28,045 nt of DNA from a virus (lineage: Duplodnaviria > Heunggongvirae > Uroviricota > Caudoviricetes): IMG/VR virus record IMGVR_UViG_3300042889_001305. One strand, written 5' to 3'. The position numbers were made by a program, and so were the translations under genes. Under the pieces are notes generated by a model. The model was not told where the DNA came from. It saw only the letters and a list, made by a program, of their open reading frames with translations, and did no database searches. Below are positions 24,765 through 28,045 of the stretch, one piece after another (positions within the stretch are counted from its first letter, which is position 1; every line of letters starts with the position of its first letter).

Positions 24765-24800
24765 AACTCTCCTTTTTTTTGTTATGTATATAAATATATA

Positions 24801-24831
24801 CAAATATAAAAAAGATAAAATTTATGACCAA
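24801..24831 (-). promoter_or_regulatory. Bacteroidota-type sigma-A promoter for the RHH / glycosylation block
   Basis: Minus strand TTGG (24831-24828), 19-nt spacer, TATATTTG (24808-24801), a perfect TAnnTTTG -7 element. Confidence 0.75.
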
Positions 24832-25679
24832 ATAGGACAAATTTTTCGGGTTTTGAATTCACACCAATCACAAGATTTTGATTTATTGGTAGGGAAATCA
24901 ACTTGTTTTACTACACCTTCTTCATTATATACGGAGTCAACAAACTCCATAAATCCTTTCCAAGCTGCATTGACTGAGGGTTTTCCATTGGCTGGAACAA
25001 ACTTAGATATACGTGGTATTGTGAATTCAGTCGTATCTGATACCTTTCTTTTTAGGATTTGGTATTCAACCTCAATCTTATCTAATGGAACATTATACTT
25101 TTCTGAATAAAACTTCTTATATAGAAGCATCTGAGATGTTTTAACCTTATCTGCTTTTTGATATTGATTCCAACCTCGTGTTGATGTTTTTAAATCAATG
25201 ATAATAATTTTACCACTTGATACTTCCTTCAATACAATATCAATAAACCCAACAAAATTAACCCCCGGTCTTACTTCTGCGTTTAGGGGTAACTCAATTG
25301 AAACTAATTCAAACCCACTTTTAGTATAAAGTTTATCTAACTTAGTTTTAAAATAATGTAGAATTTGTCTACCATCGCCAAAGAATTCCTCTAATTCAAT
25401 TTGAGTACATGGAGTACCTTCAGTCATTTTAGCCTTTTCAGTAGTAAAATGTTCTACTAACTTTTCCTTTAACATACCCTCTACATCTAATAGAAGTGCC
25501 TGTTTTTTGGATACCCCATACATAACGGAAAGAAAATGTTGAATGGTTTCGTGCATTGCCGAACCAAAGATTGTATGGATGTTTGCAGATGATTCACCTA
25601 ATTTATCTATATAACTTAGTTTGAATTGTTGTTGACAACTTGTCCACATTCCATATTGACTATAACTTACTCTTGCCAT
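24822..25679 (-). CDS. PD-(D/E)XK nuclease, Cas4/AddB-like with a putative Fe-S staple
   Basis: N-terminal SYSQ...SCQQQF, GSAMHE, GFIDIV...IIDLKT, and C-terminal CDWCEFKTRKIC (1+3 Cys). Confidence 0.85.
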   Translation of the reverse strand: MARVSYSQYGMWTSCQQQFKLSYIDKLGESSANIHTIFGSAMHETIQHFLSVMYGVSKKQALLLDVEGMLKEKLVEHFTTEKAKMTEGTPCTQIELEEFFGDGRQILHYFKTKLDKLYTKSGFELVSIELPLNAEVRPGVNFVGFIDIVLKEVSSGKIIIIDLKTSTRGWNQYQKADKVKTSQMLLYKKFYSEKYNVPLDKIEVEYQILKRKVSDTTEFTIPRISKFVPANGKPSVNAAWKGFMEFVDSVYNEEGVVKQVDFPTNKSKSCDWCEFKTRKICPIWS

Positions 25680-25698
25680 TATTTGTTTTTTTATACTA

Positions 25699-25729
25699 TA
25701 AAGATACGAAAATTATTCGATATTACCAA
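25699..25729 (-). promoter_or_regulatory. Bacteroidota-type sigma-A promoter for the nuclease gene
   Basis: Minus strand TTGG-N19-TATCTTTA, intergenic, 20 nt upstream of ATG 25679. Confidence 0.7.
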
Positions 25730-26179
25730 CTATATTTTTAATTTTAATTTTGTAATTTCTTTTGGTTCGATTGCATATCTCTCACAGGTATACTTAATAT
25801 GTTCCCTACCTTCTTTTGTTGAATATAAGATTTCTAAATACTCTTCAGCCTGTTTTGTAGAACATTGATAATCCTTTGCAACCAATTCAACTAACCATTT
25901 TTCGTAGGTATCTTCTTTCTTACCTTTTACATATCTAAGGTAATATTTCCCTTTTGGGATAATACCAATTAGTGCTAGATATAATTGTTTGGGTTCTAAT
26001 ATTTCAGTATAAGGTTGTATCTCTGAAATAACAGATATCCAATCTGGATTCATTGAGATGAAACGATGTACCATATAATTAGACCAAGTCTTTTTATCAG
26101 CATCATCCAACTTATCCCAATATTTTGGGTCTTGTTCGGTTGTAATTGCCTTTATATGGTCGAATAGTGATTTCGCCAT
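25730..26179 (-). CDS. Clamp loader small subunit, T4 gp62-like
   Basis: LFDHIKAI, NYMVHRFISM, IPKGKYY..Y.K, LVAKDYQCSTKQAEEYLEIL match the phage clamp-loader A subunit pattern. The gp44-like gene is nearby. Confidence 0.7.
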   Translation of the reverse strand: MAKSLFDHIKAITTEQDPKYWDKLDDADKKTWSNYMVHRFISMNPDWISVISEIQPYTEILEPKQLYLALIGIIPKGKYYLRYVKGKKEDTYEKWLVELVAKDYQCSTKQAEEYLEILYSTKEGREHIKYTCERYAIEPKEITKLKLKI

Positions 26180-26445
26180 TATTCTTGTTCTACTTTTAAA
26201 CCAGGAGGTAGTACTTCATTAAGTACCTCGCCACATTCACCACATAGAAATAATTCTACTGGTAGAACTTCATCCTTTGGTTTACCTGTTAATAACTTAG
26301 ATATTTTTCTAAATCCAAATCCTTGTACAAAAACTTCACCACCACATTTGTTACATGCGATTGATGTTGTTTTTTCTAATGGGATTTCAACTTCATCATT
26401 TTGTCCACCAATTGGTTGACCACCTGCTCCTAAAATTTGTGCCAT
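26179..26445 (-). CDS. Zinc-ribbon protein of unknown function
   Basis: CNKCG ... CGECG. TAATG overlap with the downstream gene. Confidence 0.65.
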   Translation of the reverse strand: MAQILGAGGQPIGGQNDEVEIPLEKTTSIACNKCGGEVFVQGFGFRKISKLLTGKPKDEVLPVELFLCGECGEVLNEVLPPGLKVEQE

Positions 26446-26451
26446 ATTATT

Positions 26452-26760
26452 TTATTTTATAACCATTAATAAATCCATTTCTCTACATAAGAAATATTCA
26501 GTATCATCTAATTTAATTTTTTGAATATTCATTCCACCATGCGGTAATAATACTTTATCACCTACTGATACTTCCATTGGAATTTTAGCTCCATTTTGGG
26601 TATAAATACCATTCCCTACTGAAACAATTATACCAAATTTGTTATCACCATCTTGAACAGTGTCTGGTATGATGATTCCACCAATCTTTTTTTCTCCTGA
26701 CTCTACTTTAATTAGGACTCTATCTCCTAATGGTTTTGCTAATTGTACTTCTGTTGACAT
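26452..26760 (-). CDS. groES: Co-chaperonin GroES (Cpn10)
   Basis: KPLGDRVLIK, GGIIIPDT, VSVGNG, VSVGDKVL, REMDLLMVI. Confidence 0.92.
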   Translation of the reverse strand: MSTEVQLAKPLGDRVLIKVESGEKKIGGIIIPDTVQDGDNKFGIIVSVGNGIYTQNGAKIPMEVSVGDKVLLPHGGMNIQKIKLDDTEYFLCREMDLLMVIK

Positions 26761-26780
26761 ATTTTTTTTTGTTTAATTTA

Positions 26781-26990
26781 TTAATCGAACCATTGTCCTC
26801 TATTGGTCTTTAACTTAGTTACACCACTTTTTCTAAGAACTTCGTGGCCTTTCTTTTTCCACTCACCTACTACTTTTTTATCTTTACGCTTATGTAAGGC
26901 TAGTTGGTCTAAATAAGAGAAAAAATCATCCTCTGATAATTTCTTTAAATCATCGTCAGTTAGTGGGTTTTTAGGGTCGTATGTTATCAT
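26781..26990 (-). CDS. Hypothetical small charged protein
   Basis: 69 aa ORF directly downstream of a promoter motif. No recognisable family. Confidence 0.6.
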   Translation of the reverse strand: MITYDPKNPLTDDDLKKLSEDDFFSYLDQLALHKRKDKKVVGEWKKKGHEVLRKSGVTKLKTNRGQWFD

Positions 26991-27034
26991 TATATCCGTA
27001 TTTATCCTTAAATATACGAAAATATATCCGTATT
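26991..27034. repeat. 12-bp direct repeat TATATCCGTATT (possible operator)
   Basis: Exact copies at 26991-27002 and 27023-27034. Confidence 0.6.
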
Positions 27035-27039
27035 ACCAA
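27009..27039 (-). promoter_or_regulatory. Bacteroidota-type sigma-A promoter upstream of 26781..26990 / groES
   Basis: Minus strand TTGG-N19-TATATTTA. 25 of 31 positions are identical to the copy at 25699-25729. Confidence 0.72.
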
Positions 27040-27040
27040 A

Positions 27041-27355
27041 TTATAAGGATACTATTTTTTGAAGGTATTCTTCGATTTTTTCAGGTTTACTTCCTATTAG
27101 GGGTGTTTCTACTATATTTCCCTCAAAGACTCCTAGAAACGTAGGTATATTCGTTAAATTGATAATGCTCCTACTCTTTGGTGATTCATCTGCATTGATA
27201 TACACAAATGATATATTTTCATAATATGTAGATAATCTTTCAAAGTGAGGTTTTATCTTTGCACAATCAGGACACCAATCTGCGTAGAACATTATGAATA
27301 CCTTAGAATGGTTATTAATAATTTCTTTAAGATTATCATTAACCAACTCTATCAT
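27041..27355 (-). CDS. Thioredoxin-family protein (WCPDC active site)
   Basis: Start reassigned to ATG 27355 (ATGA overlap). FYADWCPDC, YINAD, IPTF cis-Pro motif. 104 aa. Confidence 0.88.
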   Translation of the reverse strand: MIELVNDNLKEIINNHSKVFIMFYADWCPDCAKIKPHFERLSTYYENISFVYINADESPKSRSIINLTNIPTFLGVFEGNIVETPLIGSKPEKIEEYLQKIVSL

Positions 27356-28045
27356 ATCACATCGTTTATTTCGATAAGAGTTGCCATAAAACAAATCTCC
27401 TTATCTACAATCATAGCATCTTTGTATTGTCCTTGTGCGAGAATCATAATTACGGCAGAAGTATTACCCACTGCATAATCGTTTACCTTTTCGTAAAGAT
27501 GGGTGTATAATTCAGTAAAATCTTGTATACGAGAATCTGCAACTGCTTGTCTTAGATTTACATAACGATTTCTCTTATCATCCTTTGATTTAAGAATATC
27601 TATAATTTTTACTCTAACATCTGCATCAGATATACTACTACTATCAATTTTTAATATTCCCTTTGAGGAATTAAGTTGACAGGTATTAATAATTTTACGA
27701 ATATCTGGATATGATGAATCTACTATTGGAACTAATTCTTTTAATTCAAATTGGATTCGTTCCTCTGTTAATATTTTACTAATTTGTACTGCCACATCTT
27801 TTTTAGTGGGTGGTATAATCTGAAAGGTTTGGCATCTACTTTGTATCGGGTCAATGATTTTCTCCACATAGTTACAAGTCAAAATGAATCGACAATGTTT
27901 ACTAAATGTTTCCATTAGATTTCTAAGGATTGCTTGAGCCTGAGGAGTCATATAATCAAACTCATCTAAGATAACAATTTTTATATCTTTAAACCCAATT
28001 GTAGATGCAAATGATTTTACTTTATTACGGACAGTATCCACATTG
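27352..28045 (-). CDS. Clamp loader large subunit, T4 gp44 / RFC-like AAA+ ATPase (5' partial)
   Basis: VDTVRNKVKSFAS, KIVILDEFD (Walker B), AQAILRNLME, FILTCNY, IQSRC (SRC), PDIRKIIN. The frame runs off the window edge; the track's start is an internal GTG. Confidence 0.92.
   Translation of the reverse strand, partial: NVDTVRNKVKSFASTIGFKDIKIVILDEFDYMTPQAQAILRNLMETFSKHCRFILTCNYVEKIIDPIQSRCQTFQIIPPTKKDVAVQISKILTEERIQFELKELVPIVDSSYPDIRKIINTCQLNSSKGILKIDSSSISDADVRVKIIDILKSKDDKRNRYVNLRQAVADSRIQDFTELYTHLYEKVNDYAVGNTSAVIMILAQGQYKDAMIVDKEICFMATLIEINDVI

Noticed and set aside
5-24796. TATAAATA / TATTTATA octamers as T4-type late promoters (5-12, 1487-1494, 8113-8120 variant, 8279-8286, 9467-9474, 24789-24796)
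   Set aside because: An all-A/T octamer is expected several times per strand by chance at this composition, and copies occur in both orientations and inside genes. The ones at 1487-1494 and 8113-8120 are plausibly placed but cannot be supported without genome-wide enrichment.
24822-25729. CRISPR array associated with the Cas4-like gene
   Set aside because: No regularly spaced repeats were seen, and intergenic gaps are too short to hold an array.
382-25868. All plus-strand ORFs in the track (e.g., 382..615, 1311..1778, 5366..5758, 24736..25110, 25626..25868)
   Set aside because: Each lies antisense to, or largely overlaps, a well-supported minus-strand gene, has no recognisable motif, and shows the biased composition of a shadow frame.
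1-28045. Stop-codon reassignment (alternative genetic code) as seen in some large phages
   Set aside because: Genes are full length and tile the window under code 11. TAA, TGA and TAG (20911-20913) all occur as real stops at gene junctions.
1-28045. tRNA/ncRNA genes, introns, inteins, homing endonucleases, transposases
   Set aside because: No intergenic space is large enough apart from ~8068-8160, and I saw no cloverleaf, splice or nuclease motifs. Recognisable enzymes are uninterrupted.

Overview
An AT-rich, gene-dense window with every credible gene on the minus strand. It is most consistent with a large tailed dsDNA phage carrying T4-type replication genes. Three copies of a Bacteroidota-type housekeeping promoter (TTGG-N19-TAnnTTTR) point to a Bacteroidota host (inference). 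In transcription order (right to left) there are three blocks. (1) 28045-24822, replication/housekeeping: clamp loader gp44-like (partial) and gp62-like subunits, thioredoxin, GroES, a Zn-ribbon protein and a Cas4-like PD-(D/E)XK nuclease. (2) 24764-8170, a ~16.6 kb glycosylation island headed by a ribbon-helix-helix gene: 10 glycosyltransferase-like genes, dUTPase, two SDR epimerase-like genes, two methyltransferases, and a DegT-WbqC-methyltransferase-acetyltransferase-propeller-PhyH cassette. It ends at a hairpin terminator. (3) 8067-46, a terminator-bounded 11-gene operon in which 10 products have a signal peptide, lipobox or TM segment: a CsgG/LptE-like protein, two paralogous cohesin/dockerin-like proteins (one with a C-type lectin), an outer-membrane beta-barrel, two lipoproteins resembling stand-alone T9SS C-terminal domains, and four small membrane proteins. 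Block 3 is the best candidate for an undescribed system, a phage-encoded host-surface display or remodelling module. All family assignments come from motif recognition by eye. No database search was run.
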